From Chloroflexota bacterium (GTDB lineage Bacteria; Chloroflexota; Dehalococcoidia; E44-bin15): 64,000 nt of DNA. Both the position numbers and the translations under genes were made by a program. Where the stretch lies: contig JAUVVB010000010.1 of the NCBI GenBank assembly GCA_030604825.1, positions 2,109 to 66,108 of the forward strand. Direction: 5' to 3'. The number at the start of each line of letters is the position of its first letter. Within the stretch, counting starts at the first letter, position 1. The notes beneath the pieces are model-generated. The model searched no databases. It saw nothing but the letters and a program-made list of their open reading frames with translations, and was not told where the DNA came from. Of this stretch, positions 21,190 through 31,398 are shown piece by piece.

Positions 21190-21836
21190 TTCTCGATCAC
21201 CTTCCTCCAGTCCTCCGCAAAGCGGGAGATTCCGATATCGGTAAGGGGATGGCGGATCATCTGCATCAGCACATTATAGGGAACGGTGGCCACATGGGCC
21301 CCTGCCTTGGCAGCAGACACCATGTGAAGGGGATGACGCAGGCTGGCAGCAATTACCTGGGTGGGGAGATCGTAATATTCGAAGATCTCCACAGCGTCTT
21401 TAACCACCTCCATCCCCTGATGGCCAATATCATCCAGTCTGCCCACAAAGGGGCTGACATAGGTCGCCCCGGCAAGGGCACCAAGCAGGGCCTGATTCGC
21501 CGAAAAGCAAAGGGTGAAATTGGTCTTTATGTTCTCCCTGGAGAGAACGGAGATCGCCTCCAGCCCCGCCTCCGATACCGGTATCTTGACCACGACGTTC
21601 TCATGCCAAGAGGAGAGCTGGCGTGCCTCCTCAATCATGGCCTCGGCATCCAGGCTTAGCACCTCGGCAGAGACGGGGCCACCAACAATGGAACATATCT
21701 CCAGGATAGCCGCCTTGAAGTCAGCACTCTCCTCCCTGGCAACCAGGCTGGGATTTGTGGTTACCCCGCTTATGATGCCCAGCTTGGCGGCATGGCGGAT
21801 GTGGTCTATATTTGCCGTATCTAGAAAGATGCGCAC
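21186..21836 (-). CDS. fsa: fructose-6-phosphate aldolase / transaldolase family
   Basis: [30 protein letters not shown]. Confidence 0.9.
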   Translation of the reverse strand: MRIFLDTANIDHIRHAAKLGIISGVTTNPSLVAREESADFKAAILEICSIVGGPVSAEVLSLDAEAMIEEARQLSSWHENVVVKIPVSEAGLEAISVLSRENIKTNFTLCFSANQALLGALAGATYVSPFVGRLDDIGHQGMEVVKDAVEIFEYYDLPTQVIAASLRHPLHMVSAAKAGAHVATVPYNVLMQMIRHPLTDIGISRFAEDWRKVIEK

Positions 21837-21861
21837 CTAAGGCCTCCAATCTTAAATTCAG

Positions 21862-23490
21862 CTACAAGGGCAAGGGATGCTGATCCCCCTCGCGGAGCAC
21901 CCCCTTGGCCACGGCGATGAAATCGCGAAACAGGGGATGGGGGCGGTTGGGACGCGACCTGAACTCGGGATGAAACTGGGTGCCCACCATAAAGGGGTGG
22001 CCTCGAACCTCGCTGATCTCCACCAGCCTGCCCTCAGGGGAGAGGCCGCTGAAAACCATCCCTGCCTTCTCCAGGGTTTGCCGAAAATCGTTGTTCAACT
22101 CGAAACGGTGGCGGTGGCGCTCATAGACCACCCCCTCCCCATAGGCGGCGGCAGCCCGCGTTCCCTTCACCAGATGGCAGGGATAAACCCCCAACCTCAT
22201 CGTCCCCCCCTTATCCCTCACCTGGCGCTGCTCCGGGAGCAGGTCGATCACGGGATAGGGCGTTTCCCGATCAAACTCGGTGGAATTGGCTTCAGCGGAG
22301 TCCAGCGCATATCGGGCATACTCGATAACCATAACATGCATCCCCAGACACAGCCCCAGATAGGGGATGTTGTTCTCCCGAGCGTATCTAGCGGTGTTTA
22401 CCATCCCCTCGATTCCTCGAACGCCAAAACCCCCGGGGACGACGATCCCCTGGACGAAGCGAAGCAGATCTTCGCCGCCATCCTGTTCCACATCCTCGGA
22501 ATGGATCCAAAGGATCTCTACATCCCGGTCATGGTAAACGGCGGCGTGGCACAGCGCCTCACGCACCGAGATGTAGGAATCACGAAGCTCCACATATTTG
22601 CCCACAATGGCAATGGGAAGGGACTCCTTGGGCTCCTTCATCCTCTCCACCAACCCCCACCACTCATTCAAGTCCTGCTCCTGGGAGGGGAGATTTAGCA
22701 TCTCCACGATGAGCCGCCCCAGCCCTGCCTCTTCAAGGAGGAGCGGGGTTTCATAGATTATGGGCAAGGTGGGCAGGGGCAATACGGCTTTGCGATCCAC
22801 GTCGCAGAAGAGGGCGATCTTGTCCCTGTTCTCCTCGGTAATGGGATAGTCGCTGCGACATACGATGATATCGGGCTGAATGCCGATGCGCCTCAGCTCG
22901 TTAACGCTGTGCTGGGTAGGCTTGGTCTTCACCTCCCCGGTGGAGGCAAGATAGGGGAGGAGGGTAACATGAACATAAAGCACGTTCTCCCTGCCGATAT
23001 CGCTCCTCATCTGGCGGATGGCCTCCAGAAAGGGGAGCCCCTCGATGTCGCCCACGGTGCCCCCAACCTCGACGATGACCACATCAGCCCCGCTCTCTCG
23101 GGCCACATCCCAGAAGCGCTCCTTTATCTCGTTGATGACATGGGGGACCACCTGAATGGTGCCGCCAAGGAAGTCCCCCCTCCTCTCCCTGCCGATGAGG
23201 GAGCTATAGATCTGCCCCGTGGTCACGCTGGAGGCAGCGGTAAGGTTCACATCGATGAAGCGTTCATAGTGACCAAGGTCAAGGTCAGTCTCGGCACCAT
23301 CCTGGGTGACGAACACCTCGCCATGCTGATAAGGGGACAGGGTCCCCGGATCGACGTTGATATAGGGATCCAGCTTCTGAACGGAGACGGAGATATTGCG
23401 GCTCTTCAACAACTTCCCTATGGAGGCGACGGTGATGCCCTTGCCCACCGAGCTCACCACGCCACCGGTCACAAATATATACTTGGTCAT
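21862..23490 (-). CDS. pyrG: CTP synthase
   Basis: [40 protein letters not shown]. Confidence 0.98.
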   Translation of the reverse strand: MTKYIFVTGGVVSSVGKGITVASIGKLLKSRNISVSVQKLDPYINVDPGTLSPYQHGEVFVTQDGAETDLDLGHYERFIDVNLTAASSVTTGQIYSSLIGRERRGDFLGGTIQVVPHVINEIKERFWDVARESGADVVIVEVGGTVGDIEGLPFLEAIRQMRSDIGRENVLYVHVTLLPYLASTGEVKTKPTQHSVNELRRIGIQPDIIVCRSDYPITEENRDKIALFCDVDRKAVLPLPTLPIIYETPLLLEEAGLGRLIVEMLNLPSQEQDLNEWWGLVERMKEPKESLPIAIVGKYVELRDSYISVREALCHAAVYHDRDVEILWIHSEDVEQDGGEDLLRFVQGIVVPGGFGVRGIEGMVNTARYARENNIPYLGLCLGMHVMVIEYARYALDSAEANSTEFDRETPYPVIDLLPEQRQVRDKGGTMRLGVYPCHLVKGTRAAAAYGEGVVYERHRHRFELNNDFRQTLEKAGMVFSGLSPEGRLVEISEVRGHPFMVGTQFHPEFRSRPNRPHPLFRDFIAVAKGVLREGDQHPLPL

Positions 23491-23631
23491 CCCTTGGCTT
23501 CCCTAGAGGAAAGAAATGGGGCCTTCCCTACTTTATCAATTCTGGAAGGAGTTCCTTCCGAAGTTTATACCATGCTCAGAGGCAGCCGTCTTATCGGCTT
23601 ATCGGCATGGGGATCTCGCTCTGGGTATATT

Positions 23632-23660
23632 ATTATAATGCCCCACATCCATAATGTCAA
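23632..23660 (-). promoter_or_regulatory. consensus sigma70 promoter for pyrG
   Basis: Minus TTGACA-17 bp-TATAAT (perfect). Confidence 0.8.
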
Positions 23661-23807
23661 GCCCACATTGACCGGCAGGGCATTGCCTTCTCATAATGGC
23701 TGGAAGTGTGTTATAATGGGCCGATTCCGCGGAAATTGGGGCTTCATGGTCTCACAGCTTTTCTTAGTCCTTCTGCAGGGTGTTACAGGGCAGGCTGGAG
23801 GTAAGGT

Positions 23808-24656
23808 GTGATGCGGGTTGCCATCATCGGTCTGGGGCTGATCGGGGGTTCCATGGGTCTAGCCCTGAAGCAGGCCGATTTTGAAGTGGTGGGATTTGCC
23901 CGCCGCGGTGAGGTAGCCCAAAGGGCCCTCGCCATCGGGGCGGTGGACAGGGCTGAGGCGGATCTGGCCTCGGCGGTGGAGGGCGCCCAGATGGTGATCA
24001 TCGCTACTCCAGTCCTGGCGATGAAGGAGATACTGGCCCAGCTGGGGAGGATGCTTCCCCATGACGCGGTGGTCAGCGACACGGCGAGCACCAAGGAGCA
24101 GGTTATGGGGTGGGCCCAGCAGAGCCTGCCCCCAGGGGTGAGTTTTATTGGCGGACATCCAATGGCGGGGACGGAGATATCGGGGATCGAGGCCGCCGAG
24201 GCGGAGCTCTTTCGTGGGTGCATCTACTGTTTGGTTCCCGGGGAAAACGCCTCCGAGGAGGCTATCTCCCTGGTGGAGGGGCTGGTGAGGAAGATAGGGG
24301 CAAAGCCTCTGTTCCTCGATGCCACGGAGCACGATAGCCTGGTGGCGGGCATCAGCCACCTTCCCCTGCTCCTTTCCACCGCCCTGGTTTCGGCCACCTG
24401 CAAAAGCCCCCAATGGCCCAAGATGGCGAAGCTAGCCGCCAGCGGATTTCGCGACCTCTCCCGCCTCGCCTCGGGAAGCCCCCAGATGAGCAGGGACATT
24501 TGCCTTACCAATAGGGAGCATATACTGCGCTGCATCGATGAGTTCAGCAAGGAGCTGGGGAAGCTACGCCGCCTGCTGAGCGAAGGTGGCGATGAACTGG
24601 AGGAGGCCTTCCTCAGGGCAAGGGAGGCCAGGGAGAAGTGGCTTCAGGGAGGATAG
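23808..24656 (+). CDS. tyrA: prephenate dehydrogenase
   Basis: GLGLIGGS, GGHPMAG, HDSLVAGISHLP, GFRDLSRLA. Confidence 0.92.
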   Translation: MMRVAIIGLGLIGGSMGLALKQADFEVVGFARRGEVAQRALAIGAVDRAEADLASAVEGAQMVIIATPVLAMKEILAQLGRMLPHDAVVSDTASTKEQVMGWAQQSLPPGVSFIGGHPMAGTEISGIEAAEAELFRGCIYCLVPGENASEEAISLVEGLVRKIGAKPLFLDATEHDSLVAGISHLPLLLSTALVSATCKSPQWPKMAKLAASGFRDLSRLASGSPQMSRDICLTNREHILRCIDEFSKELGKLRRLLSEGGDELEEAFLRAREAREKWLQGG

Positions 24657-24665
24657 GGAGTTTTT

Positions 24666-25970
24666 ATGGAGCAAAGGGTAAGAGGATGCCCTCGGCTTGA
24701 GGGCAAGGTATCTCCCCCGGGGGATAAGTCCATCTCCCATCGTGCCGTCATCCTGAGCAGCATCGCCAGGGGAAGGGCAAGGCTCTCCAATTTCGCCCCC
24801 GGCGCCGATTGCCGCTCAACTGTTTCTTGCTTAAGGGAACTGGGAGTGGAGATCGTGGAGGAGTCTCCGGGCATGCTCACCGTCTCTGGGGTGGAGGCAC
24901 TCAGGGAGCCAAAGGATGTGCTCGATGCTGGAAATAGCGCCACCACCATACGCCTGCTGGCTGGGCTGCTGGCAGCTCAGGATTTCCTCTCCATAATCAC
25001 CGGGGATGATTCCCTTCGCTCCCGCCCCATGGGCCGATTGATCCATCCCCTTCGCCTGATGGGGGCCGATATCTGGGGGAGGGGAGGGGATTCCCTGGCC
25101 CCCCTGGCCATCAAAGGCAGCCGGCTTCGGGGAATCCAGTATCGCCTGCCCATGGCCAGCGCCCAGATAAAGTCGGCCATCCTGCTGGCAGCCCTCTTCG
25201 CCAAGGGGGAAACCACCATTGAGCAGCCAGCGCCTTCCCGGGATCACACCGAACGCCTGCTCAGGGCTATGGGGGCAAAGCTGGAGAGCGATGGTTTGAG
25301 GGTCACCCTGGCCCCAGCCCCCGCCCTCTCCGCCATCGACCTTCATATCCCCGGGGACATCAGCTCTGCCGCCTTCTGGCTGGTGGCAGGGGCCATTCAC
25401 CCCAACGCCAGGATAAGGCTGAAAGACACCGGGATCAACCCCACCAGGATGGGGATCATCGAGGTCCTTTTGGACATGGGGGCCAAGCTCACCATAGAGG
25501 GGGAGCGGATGGAGGGTGGCGAGCCCGTAGCCGAGCTTGCCATAGAGTCCAGCGATCTGGCGGGGAGGCAGATCGGGGGAGACCTTATACCCCGGCTTAT
25601 CGATGAGATCCCCCTTATCGCCGTAGCTGGCTGCGTTGCCCGGGGAACCACCGTCATCCGGGATGCCGCAGAGCTCAGGGTGAAGGAGACGGACCGGATC
25701 AGGGCCACGGTAAGGGAGCTATCCAAGCTGGGGGCTCATATCGAGGAACTGCCTGATGGCATGATCGTTCACGGGGGCAGGAAGCTTGAGGGAGGAGAGT
25801 GCTACAGTCACCACGACCATCGCTTGGCCATGGCCCTGGGCATAGCCGGGCTCGTTGCCCAAGGGGAAACGGTGATCCACGATGCCGAAGTGGTGGCATT
25901 TTCCTATCCCGCTTTCTGGCGGGATCTGGAGCGGCTCTGCCGCAGAACTGCGGAGAAAGGGGGTAGCTAA
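24666..25970 (+). CDS. aroA: EPSP synthase
   Basis: PGDKSISHR, DAGNSATT, ASAQIKSA, RDHTER, RVKETDRI, DHRLAM. Confidence 0.97.
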   Translation: MEQRVRGCPRLEGKVSPPGDKSISHRAVILSSIARGRARLSNFAPGADCRSTVSCLRELGVEIVEESPGMLTVSGVEALREPKDVLDAGNSATTIRLLAGLLAAQDFLSIITGDDSLRSRPMGRLIHPLRLMGADIWGRGGDSLAPLAIKGSRLRGIQYRLPMASAQIKSAILLAALFAKGETTIEQPAPSRDHTERLLRAMGAKLESDGLRVTLAPAPALSAIDLHIPGDISSAAFWLVAGAIHPNARIRLKDTGINPTRMGIIEVLLDMGAKLTIEGERMEGGEPVAELAIESSDLAGRQIGGDLIPRLIDEIPLIAVAGCVARGTTVIRDAAELRVKETDRIRATVRELSKLGAHIEELPDGMIVHGGRKLEGGECYSHHDHRLAMALGIAGLVAQGETVIHDAEVVAFSYPAFWRDLERLCRRTAEKGGS

Positions 25971-25997
25971 AGGCCAGAGCGCTAAGACTTTGGGGGA

Positions 25998-26261
25998 ATG
26001 CAGATGAATACAGAGCTGATTCACATTGGTTTTGGTAATGTGTTGGCGGCAAATCGGGTTATTGCCATGGTCTCCCCCAACTCAGCACCCACCAAGAGAA
26101 TGGTGCAGCAGGGGAAGAGCAGCGGGTTGCTCATCGACATGACCAATGGCAGAAGGACGAAGGCAGTGCTGGTGATGGACAATGGCCATATCGTGCTGGC
26201 CGCCATCGCTCCGGAAACCATCGCTGGCAGGCTGACGGCAAGTCGGGGGGTTCAGGTCTGA
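25998..26261 (+). CDS. DUF370 / RemA family protein
   Basis: IHIGFGN.L...RVIA, IDMTNGRRTKAV; upstream of gmk as usual. Confidence 0.9.
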   Translation: MQMNTELIHIGFGNVLAANRVIAMVSPNSAPTKRMVQQGKSSGLLIDMTNGRRTKAVLVMDNGHIVLAAIAPETIAGRLTASRGVQV

Positions 26262-26875
26262 AAAAGGGGGGAGAGAAAAGGCCACTCCTCATCGTGCTCT
26301 CCGGCCCTTCAGGGGTGGGGAAGGACGCTGTGCTGGCGAGGATGAAGCGGAAAGCCCTCCCTCTACATTATACGGTGACGGCAACCACCCGTCCCCAGAG
26401 GGAGGGGGAAAGGGATGGTGTGGACTACCACTTCCTCTCCGCGGAGAGGTTTCAGCAGATGGTGGAGCGGGGGGAGATGCTGGAGTGGGCCAAGGTGTAT
26501 GGTCACTGGTATGGGGTGCCCCGGGAGCAGGTGAAGGAGGCCCTGGGGAGGGGGCTCGACGTCATAATAAAGGCCGACATCCAGGGGGCGGCGACCATCA
26601 AAAAAGCCTGCCCTCAGGCCATCCTCGTTTTCCTCACCCCCCACTCCATGGAGGAGCTGGAGGAACGCCTTAGGAAGAGAAAAACGGAATCCACCATCGA
26701 CCTGGGCCTGCGTATAAAGACGGCTTATCAGGAGATGAAGCGCCTGCCCATGTTTGAGTATGTGGTGGTGAATCGCCAGGATGAGATTGACCTGGCAGTG
26801 GCCCAGATCGAGGCCATCGTCACTGCAGAGAAACGCCGCCGAAAGCCAAGGGGTGTCCGCTATAACGAGCTATAG
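26258..26875 (+). CDS. gmk: guanylate kinase (start uncertain: CTG 26258 or GTG 26294)
   Basis: SGPSGVGKD, TTRPQREGERDGVDYHF, EWAKVYGHWYG. Confidence 0.93.
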   Translation: MKKGGEKRPLLIVLSGPSGVGKDAVLARMKRKALPLHYTVTATTRPQREGERDGVDYHFLSAERFQQMVERGEMLEWAKVYGHWYGVPREQVKEALGRGLDVIIKADIQGAATIKKACPQAILVFLTPHSMEELEERLRKRKTESTIDLGLRIKTAYQEMKRLPMFEYVVVNRQDEIDLAVAQIEAIVTAEKRRRKPRGVRYNEL

Positions 26876-27687
26876 GCCTGCTGAAGGAGTAGCGCATCCG
26901 CCTCAAGATTTGGGCTCTCACAGATAACCAGCCCCTTTGCCCCCACATCCTTCAGCGCCCTTACCAACTCCTCGTAGCGGAAGTCGGACTGCTTCAGATT
27001 TAGGTGCTTGATCTCCCCGCCTTTCCCGTACTCGATCCCCGAGACGTGGATGTGAACGTCATCCAGGGCCTTTCTCCCCAGCCTGTCCTCCACCTGGCGG
27101 AGCAAGGAGACGAATTCATCATAGGAATTGAACCTCCCCGTTCTGGCATGCCAGTGGGCGAAGTCCAGGCAGGGGGCAATGCCTTTTACCTCAGCGCTCA
27201 AGCTCAGCACCTCCTCCACGGTGCCAAACTGGCTCCCCTTGCCCATAACCTCGGGGCGGAGCAGCACCCGATTTCCCTCCGCCCTGAGCAGCTCTACCGC
27301 CTCCTCGAGGATCCCCTTCACCTTGCCATATACCGCCGCTGGCTCATCCCCCAGATAAAAGGCAGCATGGAAAACGATGCTCTCGGCCCCGAAGAGGGAG
27401 GCAATGCGGGCGGTCTGAATCACCCTATCTCGGCTGGCAATTACCTTCTCCCTCTCCTCGGCGTTGAGGTTGATGAAATAGGGGGCGTGAGCGGTGAGTT
27501 TCACCTCCCTCTTTCTGGCCACCTCCCCCACCTCCCGGGCCATCCTGTGGTCCATCTTCACCCCGCGCACGAACTGCACCTCCATGCAGCCCAGGCCCAG
27601 CTCCGCAATTCGCTCGATGCCAGCCTGGGTGCTGGGGGATGGGGAGCTGTGAGGGACGCCGGCAGTGCCGAAGAGGAGTTTCTCCAT
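26860..27687 (-). CDS. archaeal-type endonuclease IV (TIM barrel)
   Basis: FGTAGVP, HAPYFINLN, PEVMGK.SQFG, DFAHWHAR, HIHVSGIEY. Confidence 0.85.
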   Translation of the reverse strand: MEKLLFGTAGVPHSSPSPSTQAGIERIAELGLGCMEVQFVRGVKMDHRMAREVGEVARKREVKLTAHAPYFINLNAEEREKVIASRDRVIQTARIASLFGAESIVFHAAFYLGDEPAAVYGKVKGILEEAVELLRAEGNRVLLRPEVMGKGSQFGTVEEVLSLSAEVKGIAPCLDFAHWHARTGRFNSYDEFVSLLRQVEDRLGRKALDDVHIHVSGIEYGKGGEIKHLNLKQSDFRYEELVRALKDVGAKGLVICESPNLEADALLLQQAYSSL

Positions 27688-27777
27688 GACCGTCTCCAAA
27701 GGGCATTCTAGCCCGCCATCAATTCGCCGTCAAGGCTCTAGCTTGACAGGGAGAAGGATGCACGCTATGCTGCGGAG

Positions 27778-29130
27778 ATGAAAAACCGCGATGGCGATAA
27801 GCGGATGTCAGAACTGCCAAGGCCCACGCCCCTGGGGGAGAGCCAGATAGAGGTAGCGCCGCCCCCCCTCCCCCGGATCACCACCTTCACCTCGCTGCGC
27901 AACCGCAACTATCTTTGGTACTGGCTGGGACAGGTCGCCTTCTTTGCCGGGCTTCAGATGAACATAGTGGCCCGAGGCTGGCTGGTGTGGATCATGACCA
28001 GATCCGCATTTGACATCGGAATAGTGAGCTTTGCCTTCGGGGTGCCCATCCTCCTTTTCTCCGTCTTCGGCGGTGCCATCGCCGATCGGGTGAGGAAGCG
28101 AAACCTGCTCATCGTCACCCAGGCCTTCAACGCTATCGTCACCCTCGTTATCGCCATCCTCATAGGGACGGGGCGAATCGAGTTCTGGCATCTGGTGATA
28201 GCCGCAGTGTTAATCGGCTTCTCCTTCGTTTTCAACGGACCGGCGCGCCAGGCCATCATTCCCGAGCTGGTAAGGAGCAGGGAGCTGCTGAACGCCATCG
28301 CCCTCAACTCCACCGGGATGAACCTGACGCGGGTGGTGGCCCCGGCAATAGCTGGCGCCCTGCTGGTTTTCATTGGCATAGCGGGGGTTTACTATATAGT
28401 GGTGGCATGCTATGTGGCTGCCGCAGCCGCACTATTTATGATCTCCGTCCCCAAGGGGGGTGAGGAAGGGGTTGGCGTCCCGCTTTGGGCAGGTGCCAGC
28501 GACCAAAGCCGCTCAAGAGGGCTAGCGCGGGCGATCTGGGCAGACCTGGTAGAGGGGCTGAGCTACATTCGCCACAGCCCCCTCATCCTTTCCCTGCTCG
28601 CCATGGCCTTTATCCCCCTCGCCTTTGGCCTCCCCTACATGAACCTCCTCCCCGTATTTGCCGACGAGGTGCTCCATGTGGGCAAAGTTGGCTTCGGAAT
28701 GCTCATCGCCATGACGGGAGCAGGAGCGCTGGTGGCCTCTCTGGTCATCGCCTCCCTGGGCGATTTCAGGAGGAAGGGCATGCTCCTTCTCATACTGGCC
28801 CTGGGGTTTGGCATAACCCTTGTCGTCTTTGGCATCTCTCACTCCTTCGCCCTCTCCATGGCAATACTGGTGGCGGTGGGCGCTGGCGGCGCCGGCTATA
28901 TGACGATAAACAATACCCTGATTCAGAGCAATGTGCCGGTCAGGATGATGGGCAGGGTGATGAGCATCTACATGGTCACCTTTGCCTTGATGCCCATGGG
29001 CACCCTACCCATAGGGGCTTTGGCTGAGGTCATCGGGGTTTCCTACGCCGTGGCAGCAGGGGGCATCCTCATTGTCCTCTTCACCCTGGCAGTGGTCATC
29101 CTGCGCCCCAGCTTGAGAAAACTGGAGTAA
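27778..29130 (+). CDS. MFS transporter (MFS_3 / H+ antiporter-like)
   Basis: About 12 TM segments, GGAIADRVRKR, GPARQAIIPELV, GRVMSIY. Confidence 0.9.
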   Translation: MKNRDGDKRMSELPRPTPLGESQIEVAPPPLPRITTFTSLRNRNYLWYWLGQVAFFAGLQMNIVARGWLVWIMTRSAFDIGIVSFAFGVPILLFSVFGGAIADRVRKRNLLIVTQAFNAIVTLVIAILIGTGRIEFWHLVIAAVLIGFSFVFNGPARQAIIPELVRSRELLNAIALNSTGMNLTRVVAPAIAGALLVFIGIAGVYYIVVACYVAAAAALFMISVPKGGEEGVGVPLWAGASDQSRSRGLARAIWADLVEGLSYIRHSPLILSLLAMAFIPLAFGLPYMNLLPVFADEVLHVGKVGFGMLIAMTGAGALVASLVIASLGDFRRKGMLLLILALGFGITLVVFGISHSFALSMAILVAVGAGGAGYMTINNTLIQSNVPVRMMGRVMSIYMVTFALMPMGTLPIGALAEVIGVSYAVAAGGILIVLFTLAVVILRPSLRKLE

Positions 29131-29144
29131 AAAGGAGGTTTCTG

Positions 29145-30386
29145 GTGCTACAGAAGGTTTCCCTGGCGGTGAAGGATCTGGACAAATATCGCCTCCTGGT
29201 AGGCAGCGAGCTTATCGACGAGGTGGAGGCGCTGGCCCAGAGCCTAAAGGGGATAAGGGTGTGTCACATCAACTCCACGCCCTTCGGCGGTGGGGTTGCC
29301 GAACTCCTCTACTCCTACATCCCCCTGGCCCGGGGGGCGGGGATCTGTGCCGACTGGCAGGTCATTCACGGCGACCATCGCTTCTTCACCATCACCAAGT
29401 CCCTTCACAATGCCCTTCAGGGTAAGGAATATCCCCAAATCGAGACGGAAGCTATCCAGAGGATCTACAAGGCCAGTAACCTTCAGAACGCCCAGGAGCT
29501 GGATCCGAACTACGATGTCTTTGTGGTCAACGACCCGCAGCCAGCGGCGCTGCGCCACTTCTGCGACGCCGAGCAGGCGAAGTGGATCTGGCGCTGCCAT
29601 GTGGATAGCTCCGAGCCCGATGAGGCGACATGGCAATTCCTGCGCCCCTACATCGAGGGGTACGATGCCGCCATCTTCACCATGGAGAGGTTCGTCCCCG
29701 CTGACCTTAAAGCCCCCCAGATCGCCATCATGGCCCCGGCCATCGACCCCCTCAACACCAAGAACATGGACCTTCCCTCCACCCTTTGGCGGGAGATGCT
29801 GGACAACCTGGACATCGATAAGGGCCGGCCCCTCATCTCCCAGATATCCCGCTTTGACCCGTGGAAGGACCCCTTCGGGGTGATGCAGGTCTACCGCCTG
29901 GCGAAGGAAAAGCTCCCCGGACTGCAGCTGGCCCTCATCACCTCCTTTGCCGGCGATGACCCCGAGGCTTGGGATATGTATGCTGCGGTGCATCAAGAAG
30001 CGGATAAGGACCCCGACATTTACATCTTCTCCAACCTCACCGGGGTGGGCAACATGGAGGTGAACGCCTTTCAGACCGCCAGCAGCGTGGTGATCCAGAA
30101 ATCCATCAAGGAGGGCTTTGGATTGGTGGTTGCTGAAGCCCTGTGGAAGGGGACCCCGGTGGTGGCGGGAAATACGGGGGGTATCCCCCTGCAGATGACC
30201 GGCGAGCTCCAGGAATATCTGATCACCACCATTGAGGAGTGTGCTGCGAAGCTAGTCTATCTGCTGGAGCACAGCGATATCGCCCATGAGCTGGGGCAAA
30301 GGGGGAAAGAGCATATCAGACAGAATTTCCTCATGCCCAGGCTGCTCAGGGATGAGCTTTCCCTGATCAAGAGCCTGGTGGACTAG
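29145..30386 (+). CDS. GT4 glycosyltransferase, TreT-like trehalose synthase
   Basis: NSTPFGGGVAELL, NDPQP, WIWRCHVD, SRFDPWKD, EGFGLVVAEALWKG. Confidence 0.85.
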   Translation: MLQKVSLAVKDLDKYRLLVGSELIDEVEALAQSLKGIRVCHINSTPFGGGVAELLYSYIPLARGAGICADWQVIHGDHRFFTITKSLHNALQGKEYPQIETEAIQRIYKASNLQNAQELDPNYDVFVVNDPQPAALRHFCDAEQAKWIWRCHVDSSEPDEATWQFLRPYIEGYDAAIFTMERFVPADLKAPQIAIMAPAIDPLNTKNMDLPSTLWREMLDNLDIDKGRPLISQISRFDPWKDPFGVMQVYRLAKEKLPGLQLALITSFAGDDPEAWDMYAAVHQEADKDPDIYIFSNLTGVGNMEVNAFQTASSVVIQKSIKEGFGLVVAEALWKGTPVVAGNTGGIPLQMTGELQEYLITTIEECAAKLVYLLEHSDIAHELGQRGKEHIRQNFLMPRLLRDELSLIKSLVD

Positions 30387-31123
30387 ACTTCCTCTTCCTC
30401 TTCCTCGAGCAGGGTCGTCTCCTCACCGAGGTGAGGGATGAGGGGCTCTGCCCTTTCCCGTCTCCTTCGGGGAGGGGAGAGCTCGGCGATGGCCTGCCTC
30501 AACCTGGAGAGCTCCTCCTCGATGTCCCCCTCAAGCCTCACCGCCACCCCCACAATGCCGACCTGTGAAAGCTGCTCCAGTTCTTCCTTGGATATGCCCC
30601 GGGGTATTTGGACCACCAAGGGCTTGCCCACCAGGTTGGCCACATGCTGGCATCCCATCAGCGCCTTCACCGAAAGCTCCCCCTCCATCCCAATGAGCAC
30701 GGCGTCGATGGGCAATTGTTCAATAGCCCGGATCAAGCCTTCGGCCAGGGAAGGCTCTATGTGCACCATCCTTCCCATCTTCCCCTCGCGGAGAAATGAC
30801 AGGGGTGCCCTTGCCTCAAAGACCAGGAAATCACACCCCATCTCCCCGAGCTGGGATACCTCCTCTGCCCTCACCTCCTCCAGGGATACCCCCCAGGGGA
30901 TGTCGCTCAGGGAGGCGATGGTTTTTCTCAGCCCCTCCACCTTCAGCTTCGACAGGGAAAGGAGCACCGCGTCGGCACTCCCCCCAGCAATAGCATCCCC
31001 CGGGCTCAACGAAGCGATAAGCGCCATGGAGGGGCCTTTGGTCATCGCTGCCCCCGCCCTGAAGCCAATGGGTTGAGTGCCACCGCGGGAGAGGTGCTGT
31101 AACTTCTCTAGAAGCTTGCTCAC
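30383..31123 (-). CDS. conserved hypothetical protein (possible TIM-barrel-like fold, acidic tail)
   Basis: GTG start at 31123 after AGGAGG; the ORF-track extension upstream runs through the tRNA and is spurious. Confidence 0.6.
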   Translation of the reverse strand: MSKLLEKLQHLSRGGTQPIGFRAGAAMTKGPSMALIASLSPGDAIAGGSADAVLLSLSKLKVEGLRKTIASLSDIPWGVSLEEVRAEEVSQLGEMGCDFLVFEARAPLSFLREGKMGRMVHIEPSLAEGLIRAIEQLPIDAVLIGMEGELSVKALMGCQHVANLVGKPLVVQIPRGISKEELEQLSQVGIVGVAVRLEGDIEEELSRLRQAIAELSPPRRRRERAEPLIPHLGEETTLLEEEEEEV

Positions 31124-31132
31124 TGAACCTCC

Positions 31133-31207
31133 TGGAGCCAGCGGTCGGATTCGAACCGACGACCGACGGTTTACGAAACCGTTGCTCTGCCTCTGAGCTA
31201 CGCTGGC
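31133..31207 (-). tRNA. tRNA-Thr(CGT)
   Basis: GCCAGCG acceptor stem, ACGGT-TTCGTAA-ACCGT anticodon arm, GTCGG-TTCGAAT-CCGAC T arm, encoded CCA. Confidence 0.97.
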
Positions 31208-31398
31208 CCTCAACCGGATTTAATTCCGCCACAATTATATACTACCGAGAAAAGCTGGGCAACTTCCTTCGCTATGCTGAGGAGCACGGCTACCCAGCAA
31301 CGCTGGGGCAATACACAGGTGCCTGCGGAATATCATTCTACAGATTGACCAACTGGCCGTTTTTAACTTCCCGATGGTATCACCTCTTGCAGTCCCGG

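Noticed and set aside
31124-31232. ORF-track N-terminal extensions (30383-31213, 30831-31232) and ORF 35566-35748
   Set aside because: They translate through the tRNA-Thr gene or its fragment
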